This document shows, piece after piece, positions 38,841 through 51,050 of a stretch of DNA of 64,000 nt. Source of the stretch: Felis catus (taxonomy: Eukaryota); the NCBI RefSeq assembly GCF_018350175.1, contig NC_058368.1:157668001-157732000 (forward strand), in the 5' to 3' direction. The translations under genes were made by a program, and so were the position numbers. A model generated the notes under the pieces. That model was not told where the DNA came from. It was given only the letters and a program-made list of their open reading frames with translations, and did no database searches. Positions within the stretch are counted from its first letter, which is position 1. Each line of letters opens with the position of its first letter.

Positions 38841-38905
38841 TTTTTTTTTTGATTTGGAGAACTCCTGTTTTTCTTCCAAGACTTAGTTACTCTTTGTAGC
38901 ACTCC

Positions 38906-39122
38906 TTTTTTTTTTTATTATTTTTAATCTTTATTTATTTTTGAGAGAGAGAGACAGCTCAAGCAGGGGAGGGGCAGAGAGAGAGGGAGACACTGAATCC
39001 AAAGCAGGTTCCAGGCTCTGAGCTGTCAGCACAGAGCCTGATGTGGGACTTGAACGCACAAACTGCAAGATTATGACCTGAGCTGAAGTCAGACACTTAA
39101 CCTGCTGAGCCACCCAGGTGCC
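38906..39122 (-). mobile_element. CAN-SINE
   Basis: Typical body. TSD core CTCTTTGTAGCA at 38890-38901 and 39123-39134. Confidence 0.93.
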
Positions 39123-39339
39123 CTCTTTGTAGCATTCTTTGATGAACCTTCCTTACTGCCACCATGAATAGCTCACACATCTGTGCTCTTATAAGTACTT
39201 AAACCTTTCTTTTTGTCCATTTTAGACATGTGCTTTTCATTTGTTCCCTCTCAAGTGAACCGTAAGCTCATGAAAACAAACAAATAACAACAAAAATGAA
39301 CTCTGTCTTTTCCTCCTCTGTAGTTTTAGCACTTTACAC

Positions 39340-39572
39340 ATAATAATAGTTAAGGCAAGGTGTTTATGTGTTTGGCACTCTTCTAAGAACTTTTAATGTA
39401 TTTACTCATTTAATCCTCAAAACAGCCTCATTAGTTGGGTATTACCATTTTCTCCATTTTATAGATGGGAAACTGAAACACCATGAGGTTAAGTAATTTG
39501 TCCAAGGTCCTATTGCTGAGTAGTAGACATGTAATTTGAACCCAGGCAACCTGGCTCCAGAATTCAAACCTT
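39340..39572 (-). mobile_element. MIR SINE
   Basis: CATTTAATCCTCA...CCATTTTATAGATGGGAAACTGA...GAGGTTAAGTAATTTGTCCAAGGTC...TTTGAACCCAGGCA. Confidence 0.85.
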
Positions 39573-39884
39573 AGCAGACCTTCAGTAAATGTTTCTTGAA
39601 TTGTATTATACTGTTAATGCATAAACTTCAGGTGAGGTTTTCCTCTTCAGAAAATGGGGTTCTGAAGATGAGAAAGGAGCTAGTTAAATCATTGTTCAGT
39701 TTTCTGATATTATCAAACTGAAACAATACCAAAAACAAATCACAGATGTAAAATGTTTAGTGTGCTCCTTCTGAAAGGAAACCTCAAATCTATTATGAAA
39801 CTGTGGTTATAAGTGTTTAGCTTATTTCAAAGAGCAAGATTTTGTAGAATAGCAGGGATAAAGACTTCCTGACATTGACATTTT

Positions 39885-42040
39885 TTTTTTTAGGCTTATT
39901 GAGGTATAATTTACATATAATAAACTTGCTTATCCAAGTGTAGTTTGAGAATTTTGGTAGTTATGTATAACTGCCTAATCTCCCACACAATCAAGATATA
40001 GAAAAATTCCATCTCCCTAGAAAGTACTCTTGTGCCCCTTTGCAGTTAACCCTCAATTCTGATCCTGACTGCAGACAATCATCAATCTGCTTTCTGTCAC
40101 TATAGTTTTATCTTTTCCAGAGTGTCATATAAGTGGGATTATACAATATGGTAGTCTTTTGTGTCTGGATTGTTTTTCTTAGAATAAAGCTTTTGAGGTT
40201 TATCTGTGTTGTTGTTGTTTGGGTTTTATTTTTATTTTTTTAAAAATGAAGTGTAATTAACATTGTGTTATATTAACTTCAGGTTTATAATATAATGATT
40301 AAAAAACTCTCTCATTATTCATTGCTCATCTTGATAATTGTACTTTTAATACTCTTTATCTATTTTACCTATCCCCGCCTCCCCCTCCCCCCCAACCTCC
40401 CCTCTGGCAACTACCAGTTCAATGTATTTAAAAGTCTGTTTTTTTGTCTCTTTTTTTCTTTGTGTGGTCATTTGTTTTGTTTCTTAAATTCCACATACAA
40501 GTGAAATCATGTAGTATTTGTCTTTTTCTGACTGATGCATTTTATTTAGCATTATACCCTCTAGGTCTATCCATGTTGTGGCAAATGACAAGATGGCAAT
40601 GATTTTTATGGCTGAGTAATATTCCATTGTATACATATACCACATCTTCCTTATCCATTCATCTATGGATGGGCACATGGGTTGCTTCTATAGCTTGACT
40701 AAATAATGCTGCAATAAATGTAGGGATGCATATATCTTTTCAAATTAGTGTTTTTGGGTTTTTTGGTAAACATCCAGTAATGGAATTATTGGATCATATG
40801 GTAATTCTATTTTTAATTTTTTGAGGAGACTCCATGCTGTTTTCCACAGTGACTACACCAATTTGCACTCCCACCCAATAGTGCACAAGGGTTCTTTTTC
40901 TCCACATCCTTGACAACGCTTTTTATTTCTTATCTTTTTTATTTTAGCCGTTCCTGTTGTCTGTTGGCCATCTGGATGTCTTCTATGGAAAAATGTTTAT
41001 TTAGGCCATCTGTCCAGTTTTAAATAGGATTATTATTTTTTTTTTCTGGTGTTGAGTTGTATGGGTTCTTTATATATTTTGGATATTAATCCCTTACTGG
41101 ATATATCATTTACAAATATCTTCTCCCATCAGTAGGTTGCCTTGTTTTATTGATGATTTTCTTTGTTATGCAAAAGTTTTTTTTTATTTTCTCATACTGT
41201 GTGTTGTTGTTTTTAATCAGTAGTTTTTCTTACAAGTAGTGTTACATGTTATAGAAATACCATGATTTCTTTATCCATTTACTACTTGATGGGCATTTGT
41301 ATTATTCTCAGTTTTTTTGTTATAATGAATAATGCTACCGTGAACATTCATGTACAAGTCTTTGTGTGGAAATATGTCTTCATTTCTCTGGGGTGAATAC
41401 CTAGGAATGAGTTTGCTGGGCCATATGGTAAATCTGTATTTAACTTTATTAGATACTGCCATATTGCTTTCCAAAGTGGCTATACTCTTTTGCATCCTCT
41501 CAATAATGTACTAGATTTCTGGTTCCTTCAATTTTTGACAACACTTGATTTTGTCAGTCTTTTAACTTTAGTTATTTTAGTGAATGTTTAGTGGTAGCTC
41601 ATTGTGTTTTTAATCTGCATTTTCTTGATGACTAATGGCATTGAATATCTTTCCTGGGCCTATTAGCCATTTGCATATCTTCTTCAGTCATTGTCCAAAT
41701 CTTGTTCATTTAAGAAATTGGCTTGTTTTTTTTTTCTTATTGAGTTGTATGTATATTTTTTAAAAAAGCAATACTCTGAATATAAACTCTTGGTCAAAGG
41801 TAGTTGCAAACTTTCTGTCATAGCCTGTGGCTTGCATTTTCATTTTCCTAATTTTGTCTTTTCAAGAGCAAACATTTAAATTTTGATTAAGTTTGTTTTA
41901 TCTATTTTTTTTCTTTTTTGCACTTTTTGTTTCTTGCTTAAGAAATCTTTGCCTAACTTAATGTCACAAAGATTTTCTTCTACAAGTTTAATGTTTTTTA
42001 TATTTAGGTTTACCATAATTGCAAGGTAATTTTGAGTTTG
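39885..42040 (-). mobile_element. Ancient L1M-type 3' region, split by a carnivore L1 fragment
   Basis: T-rich tail at about 39885 followed by L1M-like 3'UTR. Resumes at about 41200 with ORF2-tail remnants. Confidence 0.75.
40217..41199 (-). mobile_element. 5'-truncated carnivore L1 nested in the L1M element
   Basis: Remnant CPSIDEWIRKMWYMYTMEYYSA...DKYYMISL. Candidate TSD TGTGTTGTTGTT at 40205-40216 and 41200-41211. Confidence 0.85.
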
Positions 42041-43453
42041 ACATAGAGATTTAAATCCTGCTTTTATTAGAGTTCTCTCTCCTTGCTGATGGCCACATGG
42101 CTCATCATGTAACCATGTCAGGTTACACATGGCCATGTAGAAACTAGTATAAGACAGTGTGTGGGTGTGAGACTCGGGGAAACCTTTAAAGCTGGTAGCT
42201 ATTTAATTCTTAAGTTCCACAAATGGTATTGTTTAAATTAGGCTTGTGACTTTTTGTGGGGTATGTAGAAATAATGAGAGGGAAATATCTCATGGTAGAT
42301 ATGGAGTTTGAGTAATTTTTTTTTTTTTTAATCATTAAACCTTGGGCAGAAGGATACATGTTCAAATCAAAGTTAACTGGATAGAATAAAGTATGACTGT
42401 AATGCCTAATAATGACTCCAAGTTTTAAATCTTCTAAATGTTAGGCCAAGTGATATTGTTTTTCTTGGTTTTTAATTTTCTGCCCATTTCCAGAAAGCAT
42501 AGAGTTCTTATTTGACAAGAGCAAACACTTTTCTTATTGCTGCAAAACTGTTTGAAACAGGGAAGGACCAATCTTGGGAAAAATGTTCAGCCTGATGTCT
42601 TTTTTCCTAGCCTGCCTTTTGCCCATTAGCACTCCCACAAGCCCTGTTCCTAAGATAGTCTGAAGTTTCAAAATTCCAACAAAAAATTCTCTGTATTTAG
42701 GTTGTTTTGGATTGTTAATTATTGGTGGCAATGGATGAGTGTTCAGCACCTTGGAACTTTTGCAAAAGAAACTTAATAAGGATACGTTTGCTGTAGTTGG
42801 AAAAGTATTTGATGAACAGCTGACCTTTCAAATGTTTACATGAGTTGAATCTCTGAACTGCTAATGTTAGGAAGGTCCAAATTCTAATTCAGAGTTAGAC
42901 ACTGAATCCCTTTGTGGGGAAAGCTTTTAAATATCTTCAGTTTTTCATTTGTGCTTAAAAAAAAAAAAGGCTGAGTTCACCTACTAATTAATTGGTTAAT
43001 GTTTGTGAATGTTTTGAGAGGATGAAAAGCACTTTTTTAGGGCAGTGCCCTATTGTTCCCTATCATGATTATGGTTTGTCACTCACCTGAAGTAAGCAGG
43101 TAAGTCACGTGTCAAGTTTGCATTGTAGAAAGGAAATGATTCTACAGATCCTTAACCATGGGACGGAAAAAGTTGTTTCTTTCAAGTGGAGCTTGTGAAT
43201 AAAGCTTCCACTGTTCTAAGGAAAAAAAAATGTAAAAGGAAGCCGAGTTGTCTGGATTAGTTCACTTATAAATACCTTTAAAAATATTTACATAAATCTC
43301 CATTGACTAACCAATTTTCTGAACACGTTTCATAAAACTTTCTTCTCAAGTAATTTCTTTTGGAAATTCATATGTTTGATGTTTTTTTCCCATTGTGTCT
43401 TGCATGAGGCCTGGTGTTTACAGTGCTCAGTTGACTGAAAAAAGTCAATCCAT

Positions 43454-43651
43454 GGGGGTACCTGGATGGCTCAGTTGGTGGGAAGTCTGACTCTTGATTT
43501 CTGCTCAGGTCATGATCCCAGGGCCTTGGGATTGAGCCGTACTCCAAGCTCTGTGCTGAAGGAGCCAGTTTAAGATTCTTTCTTTCCCGGCTCCTCTCCC
43601 CTGCTTACTTACTCCTTCTAAAACAAAAGAAAACAAAACAAAAAAACCCAC
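43454..43651 (+). mobile_element. Older CAN-SINE
   Basis: GGGGGTACCTGGATGGCTCAG head and (AAAAC)n tail. Flanking repeat AAA(G/C)TCAATCCA. Confidence 0.88.
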
Positions 43652-45129
43652 AAAACTCAATCCACGTATCTCAAAAAAAAAAAAAAAAAACTAGGGGAAT
43701 GGGCTGAGGAAGAAAGTTGGGGTGGAGAAATGGGAAGGGCCTCTTTTGTATTGTGGCTCCCCCTGCCCCGCACGTACTATTTTAGCATAGTTTTTGCTTA
43801 GATTCAGTTGCCTTGTTGCTTGAGTTCCTCTTTTAGATGAGTTCCTGCATCCCTCAGCAACTGCCCCTGTCACCAAGGTTGTCTCACCATAAGAAGTTCC
43901 TGAACTCTCCCTTTCTGGTTCTGACATCATACAGGTAGCAGCAAGCCAGGGCATGTCCATATCTTCACTGGAAATGCCATTTTGAAATTGTTCCAAAATC
44001 ACTGATCATTTTGGTTGCACTTCAAGTATGAAGGGAATTCTCAGGGAATCACATGTCTTTGCCATAGATGTCATCTGACTTCCACAAAGGGAAGATATAT
44101 GCGGTGCTGTTGTCATTGAAACAGTAAAAAGAAGTCAAGGCATCTGGTCACCTCTGTTGAGGTTTGGTCATACCTTGAAGGTGTCTGAAATGGAGAACAG
44201 AGGTCATTTTTAGTGTTCAAGAACTGAAACAAAAGACAACAGAAGTTTCCAACATAGTGTTAAAAACCAAACAATTAAACAAATCCATCTCAAAACAAAG
44301 TTTTCAGCACTTAAAACCCAGAGGTTTTACATACAAATCTGGAATCTCAGCTGTTTAAAACAAATTGGGAAATCTAATGTCTCTGGATTTTGCTTTCAAA
44401 TTTGTCAAAATTGATTAGATTGGAGTATCAGCTGTCCCTCTGGAGCATCTGAAGTCTCATATTATCAGCTTGTTCCCTGGAAATATGATCTGCAGGGTTT
44501 ACATGCTCAGAATAAAGGTCCAAATGTATCCTCTTAAATCATTCTTTTCACTCTCTCTTGGTAGTTCCTGTCCTTTGAACAGGAAATAGACATGGGAGAC
44601 ATGATAAAGAGTCATTCTCTTATTATGCTTTCCCATGTCTATTTCCTGTTCAAAAGGCAGGAGCTAGAGAGTGAGAGTGAAAAGGGTGATTTAAGAGGAT
44701 ATATTTGGACCTTTATTCAGCTGTTTATAGTCAATAATTCACAAGGTTATCCACATAACTCAAAATCAAAATATACTGATTCAAATATATATCCTTGGAT
44801 CTTTCTGAGGGGAAAATGTGTATGTATTATGAATTTCGTAGGCTTAAAAAAATTAAATATTTTTCAAAATGATGTATCTGATATTTGGGACTTTTAAGCA
44901 AAAACTTTGTTAGTGAGACTACCTAAAAGCAAAATAAATTAATCTCCACTGTAGTCTGGTAAATACCAGAATTATGGTTAGATCTAGAGGGTGGTAAGAT
45001 AACAATTGGACACCAATACCTCTTTATGGAAAAGTATGGGTGAATTTCTGAGACCACATTTATTCTGAGGTATATTTTGTTTGTAATTCTGCCTTTTTCT
45101 ACTAGACATAAATTGCTTCATACATATTC

Positions 45130-45540
45130 ATCCTTACTTCCTAAAAGCATCCTAATTTCTTTTTGTGGTGTCATCTCTCTCCCATCTATTGCAGTTCCAG
45201 GCGTTTGTAGGGTGGTGGTAAATCAAACCACCTTGAATTCCCATTAGAGAAGCCATTGGTTCTTACTCTTACTGCTGAGTATGGGCAAAGAAATGGGCAT
45301 GTGACTCAAGCCTGGAAATCTGAACTCTCTTGGTTATTTGAATCTTGAGCTGAGTGGTACAAATTGCTCTGATGGTCATGTGGCTCCTTACCTTGTTCCT
45401 GTCCTGTTCCCAAGTCTGGTTCTCCAGGCTCCCTCTTGATTTCATGGGATTCCCCAATATTCTGTTTAATTTTCTTTTCTTTATTTCATTTTGGTAGAGT
45501 GGGATTTTCTTCCGTATATTCAGAGAGCTCTAACAGATAT
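45130..45540 (+). mobile_element. Ancient MaLR LTR (MLT1-like)
   Basis: ATGGGCATGTGACTCAAGCC motif and a typical decayed LTR 3' end. Confidence 0.5.
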
Positions 45541-45549
45541 ATATAAGCC

Positions 45550-46069
45550 CTGACTCTGTCTTGACACTTCCCCTTCTACTACTACCTTAGTCCATCCCCA
45601 CTGTCTCTTGCCTGGAATACTGACATAGTCTTCTTCCCAATAAAAACAGATAGATAAATATATCTGCTAAAACACTTATAAGTCAAATCAGTCACTTCTT
45701 TTCTCTAAACCTTCAAGTGGCTTCTCAGTTCACTTTGAGGGAAGACCACAATCTTTATGATTTTTAGGAAGGTTCACCATGATCTGGTGCCCTATTGCCT
45801 TTGTGACCTCATCTCCTACCACTCTTTCCCTCCTTGCTACACTGGCCTCATTGCTATTCCTCTAATGTCAGGCATAAACCAGCCCCAAGCATACTTTATT
45901 TCTTCTTTGTCTACCTTGATTACTTTTTCTCCAGATAGCTGCTTTGGCTCATTCTCTCACCTTGGGATTTTGCTCAAATATCACCTACATGGTGAGACCT
46001 TCCCTGACCGCTATATTTAAAATGTAAAGACTTTCCCATTATTGGCATTTTCTGCCCATTTCTCAGCCT
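45550..46069 (+). mobile_element. LINE-2 remnant interrupted by the older L1 (resumes at about 53690-54100)
   Basis: L2-like CTCTTGCCTGGAATACTG...AACCTTCAAGTGGCTTC...CTCAAATATCACC...ACCTTCCCTGACC. L2 3'-end-like TAGAATAGTGCTTGGCAT at about 54063. Confidence 0.65.
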
Positions 46070-47549
46070 TTTTTAATTTAATTTTTACACTTTAATTCCA
46101 GTATATTTAACAATGTTATATTAGTTTCAGGTGTACAATATAGTGATTCAATAATTCTATCCATTACTCAATACTTATCATGATAAGTGTTCTCTTAATC
46201 TCCTTCACTTATTTCACCCATCTCCCCACTTGCCTCCTATCTGGTAACCATCAAGTTGTTCTCTATACTTACAATTCTGTGCTTTTGTCTCTTTTTTTCT
46301 TTGTTTTGTTTCTTATATTCCACACAGGAGTGAAATCATATGGTATTTATCTTTCTCTGACTTATTTTACTTAGCGTTATACTCTCTAGATCGATTCATG
46401 TTGTTGCAAATGGCAAGATTTCATTCTTTTTTTTTTATGTGATATATATATCACATCTTCTTTGTCTTCATCTTTCAAAGGGACACTTACATTCCTTCCA
46501 TGTCTTGGTTATTGTAAATAATGCTGCAATAAACATAGGAATGCATGTGTCTTTTTAAATTAGGGTTTTAATTTTCTTTGAGTAAATACCCACTAGTGGA
46601 ATTCCTGGATCATATGCTAATTCTGTCTTTAAGTTTTTGAGGAAGCTCCATACTGTTTTCCACAGTGGCTACACTAATTACATTCCCACCAACAATGCAT
46701 GAGGGTTCCTTTTTCTCCACATCCTTGATAACACTTATTATTTCTTGGATTTTTGATTCTAGCTACTCTGACAGGTATAAGGTGATATCTCTGTATGGTT
46801 CTGATTTGCATTTCCCTGATAATAAGTGACGTTGAGCATCTTTTCCAATGTCTGTTTGCCATCTATATGTCTTCTATGGAAAGATGTCAATTCACTTCAG
46901 GTCTTCTGCCTATTTTTAATAGGATTATTTAGGGTTTTTTTTTTTTTTTTTTTGGTGTTGAGTTGTATAAGTTCTTTATGTTTTGGATATTAACCTGTTA
47001 TCAGATCTATCATTTGCAAATTTCTTCTCTCATTCAAAAGGTTGGCTTGCCATTTTGTTGATGATTTCTTTCATTGAACACAAGCTTTTTAAATTAGTGT
47101 AGACCCAGTAGTTTATTTTTGCTTTTGTTTCCCTTGCCTTAGGAGACATAAAATGTGGCCACAGCTGATGACAGAGAAATTACTGCCTGTGAAAAATCTC
47201 TTCTAGGATTTTTATGGTTTTAGGTATCACATTCAGGTCTGTAATCCATTTTGAGTTTATTTTTGTGTATGATGTAATGAAGTGATCCAGTTTTATTCTT
47301 TTGCATATAGCTGTCAAGTTTTCCCAACACTGTTTTTCCCATTGCGTATCCTTGCTTCCTTAGTCAAAGATTAATTGACCATTTAATCATGGGCTTATTT
47401 CTGAGCTCTGTATTCTGTTCTTTTGAAAACTGTGTCTGTTTTTGTGCCAGTACCATACTGTTTTGGTTGCTATAGCTTTGTAGTATATCTTGAAATTTGG
47501 GATTGTGATACCACCAGTTTTATTCTTCTTTCTCAAGATTGCTTTGGCT

Positions 47550-47551
<2 letters not shown>

Positions 47552-47591
<40 letters not shown>
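47552..47591. repeat. (TG)20 microsatellite inside the old L1 ORF2
   Basis: Read directly from the sequence. Confidence 0.97.
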
Positions 47592-47593
<2 letters not shown>

Positions 47594-48974
47594 TCCACAC
47601 AAATTTTAGGATTATTTATTCTAGTTCTGTGAAAAATGCTGTTGGTATTTTAATAGGGATTGTATTAAATGTGTTGATTGCTTTGGGTAGTATGGACATT
47701 TTAACAATATTGGTTCTCCCAGTCCAGGAGCATAGTACATCTTTCCACTTATTTGTGTCATCTTGAACTTCTTTCAGCAATGTTTTATAGTTTTCAGAGT
47801 ATAGGTCTTTCACCTTCTTGGTTAAATTTATTCCTAGGTATTTTATTATTTTTGGTGTAATTGTAAATGGGACTGTTTTCATAATTTCTCTTTCTGCTAC
47901 TTCATTATTAGTGTATAGAAATGCAGTGGATTTCTAGATATTGATTTTGTATCTTGTGACCTTACTGAATTCATTTATCAATTCTAATAGTTTTTTGGTG
48001 GAGTTTTTAGGGTTTTCTATATATTGTATTATGTCACCTGCAAATATCAAAAGTTTTACTTCTTTCTTACCAATTTGTATGCCTTTATTTCTTTTTGTTG
48101 TCTGATTGTTATGGCTAGGACTTCCACTACTACGTTGAATAAAAGTAGCGAGAGTGGACATCCTTCTCTTGTTCCTGACCTAGGGAAAGCTCTCAATTTT
48201 ACCAATTGAGTATGATGTTTGCTGTGGGTTTTTCATATAAGGCCTTATTACGTTGAGGTATGTTCCCTGTAACTCTACTTTGTTGAGGGTTTTTATCATG
48301 AGTGGATGTTGCACTTTGTCAATGTTTTTTCTGTATTTATTGAAAGGATCATATGGTTTTTATCATTACTCTTATTGATGTGATGCATCACATTGATTGA
48401 TTTGTGAATATTAAACCACCCTTTCAACCCAGGAATAAATCCCATGTGATCATGGTGAATGATTTTTTAAAAATGTATTGTTGGATTCATTTTGCTGAAT
48501 TTTGTGTAGGATTTTTACATCTTTGTTGATGAGAGATATTGTCCTGTAGTTCTCTTTTCTTATAATATATTTGTCTGGTTTTGGTACTGGGGTAACATAG
48601 AATGAATTTGGAAGCTTTCTTTCCTATTCTGTTTTTTTTTTTTTGAATAGTTTGAGAAGAATAAGTATTAACTGTTATTTAAGTGTTTGGTAGAGTTCAC
48701 CTCTGAGTCCTGCTGGTGCTGGACTTTTGTTTTTTTGGGAGATTTTTGATTACTGATTCGATTTTATTGCTGGTAATTGGTCTGTTCAAATTTTCTTTTT
48801 CTTCCTGTTTCAGTTTCGGTAGGTTATATGTTTCTAGGTATTTACCCATATCTTCTAGGTTGTCCAATTAGCTGGCATATAATTTTTCACAATATTCTCT
48901 TTTAATCCTTTGTATCTCTGTGGTGTCAGTTGTTATTCCTTCTTGTTCATTTTTTATTATATTTGAGTCTTCTT

Positions 48975-48976
<2 letters not shown>

Positions 48977-49006
<30 letters not shown>
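48977..49006. repeat. (TC)15 microsatellite inside the old L1 ORF2
   Basis: Read directly from the sequence. Confidence 0.95.
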
Positions 49007-49014
<8 letters not shown>

Positions 49015-49591
49015 TTGATGAGTCTGGCCAAAGGTTTATCCATTTTGTTGATATTTACAAAGAGCCAGCTCCTAGTTTCATTGATTTATTCTATTGGTTT
49101 TTGTTGTTTTGTTGTTGTTGTTTTGTTTTTTAATTTTCTATTTTGTTTATTTCTGCTCTAATCTTTATTATTTCCTTCCTTCTACTGGCTTTCATATTTG
49201 CTTGTTCTTTTTCTAGCTCATTTCGGTATAAGGTGATGTTATTTATTTGGGAGTTTTCTTGTTTCTTGAGGTAGGCTTATATTTCTATAAACTTCCCTTT
49301 TAAAATAGCTTTTGCTACACCCCAAAGATTTTGGACTGTTTTCATTTTCATTTGTCTCCATGTATTTTTTTTATTTCCTGTTTGATTTATTCATGCATGT
49401 CATTTAACCTCCATGTATTTGCATTCTTTCCAGATTTTTTCTTGTGGTAAATTTCTAGTTTCATACTGTTGTGCTCAGAAAAGATGCATGTTATGACTTT
49501 AATCTTTCTGAATTTGTTGAGACTCATTTGTGGCCTAACATGTGATCTATTCAGGAGAATGTTCCATGTGCACTTTAAAAGAAAGTGTATT

Positions 49592-50046
49592 TCATTCTTT
49601 CTCATTGCCATGTAGTACTCCATTGTGTATATAAACCACAATTTCTTTATCCATTCATCAGTTGATGGACATTTAGACTCTTTCCATAATTTGGCTATTG
49701 AAATATGGCCCTTTGTAGCAACGTGGACGGAACTGGAGAATGTTATGCTAAGTGAAATAAGCCATACAGAGAAAGACAGATACCATATGTTTTCGCTCTT
49801 ATGTGGATCCTGAGAAACTTAACAGGAATCCATGGGGGAGGGGAAGGAAAAAAAAAAAGAGAGAGATTAGAGTGGGAGAGAGCCAAAGCATAAAAGACTC
49901 TTAAAAAATAGAACAAACTGAGGGCTGATGGGAGGTTAGAGGGAGGGGAGGGTGGGTGATGGGTATTGAAGAGGGCATCTTTTGGGATGAGCACTGGGTG
50001 TTGTATGGAAACCAATTTGACAATAAATTTCATATATTTAAAAAAA
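49592..50046 (+). mobile_element. 5'-truncated, 5'-inverted young L1 (twin-priming product) inside the older L1
   Basis: TSD AAAAGAAAGTGTATT at 49577-49591 and 50047-50061. 49592-49700 is the reverse complement of the ORF2 tail (cf. 30362-30470); 49699-50046 is the sense 3' end with A-tail. Confidence 0.95.
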
Positions 50047-50366
50047 AAAAGAAAGTGTATTCTTCTGTTTTAGGATGGAATGTCCTAAATATATCTGTTC
50101 AATCCATCTGGTCCAATGTGTGATTCAAAATCATTGTTTCCTTATAGATATTCTGTTTGAATGATCTATCCATTGATATAAGTGAGGTGTTAAAATCCCC
50201 TACTATTATTTTATTTCTATCAATTACTTCCTTTATGTTTGTTATTAGTTGCTTTATGTGTTTTGGTGCTATCATGTTGGGTGCATAAATAATTATAATT
50301 GTTATATCTTCTTGTTAGATTATGTCCTTTGTGATCATATAGTGTCCTTTTTTCTTGTTACAGTCT

Positions 50367-50387
50367 TTTTTTTTAACGTTTATTTAT

Positions 50388-50424
<37 letters not shown>

Positions 50425-50586
50425 GTGCCCAGGGTAGGGGCAGAAAGAGAGGGAGACAGAATCCTAAGCAGGCTTGGCACTGTCAGTGCAGAGCCAGATG
50501 GAGGGCTCAGTCTCACTATTGTGAGATCATGACCTGAGCTGAAATCAAAAGTTGAATACTTAACTGACTGAGCCACCCAAGCACTC
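50367..50586 (-). mobile_element. CAN-SINE nested in the older L1
   Basis: (GA)n tract and SINE body, flanked by TACAGTCT. Confidence 0.92.
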
Positions 50587-50832
50587 CTACAGTCTATGTT
50601 TTAAAGTCCATTTTGTCTGGTATAAAAATTGCTGTCCAAGCTTTCTTTTTTACTTCCATTTACAGGATAAATGCTTTTACATCTTTTGACTTTTAATCTG
50701 CATGTGTCTTCAGGTCTAAATTAGTCTCTTCTAAGCAGCATATAGATGAGTCTTGCTTTTTTCACCATTCCATCACCCTATGGAATTTGATTGGTATGTT
50801 TAGTACATTTACATTCAAAGTAATTATTTATA

Positions 50833-51050
50833 AGGGCACCTAGGTAGTTCACTCAGTTAAGTGTCTGATTCTTGGTTTCAGCTTAAGTCATGATCTCACA
50901 GTTCATCAGTTCAAGCCTTGTGTTGGGCTCTGTGCTGAAAATGTGCAGCCTGCTTGGGATTCTCTCTCTTCCTCTTTCTGCCCCTCTCCTGTTTGTGCTC
51001 TCTCTCCCTCTCTCAAAAAAATAAATAAATAAAACAAAACAAAACAAAAC
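50833..51050 (+). mobile_element. CAN-SINE nested in the older L1
   Basis: 16-bp TSD AAAGTAATTATTTATA at 50817-50832 and 51051-51066; (AAAAC)n tail. Confidence 0.93.

Noticed and set aside
43673..44002. Isolated A18 tract plus a 103-aa minus-strand ORF as a processed pseudogene
   Set aside because: The A-tract is on the wrong strand to be that ORF's tail, there is no TSD, and I recognise no protein.
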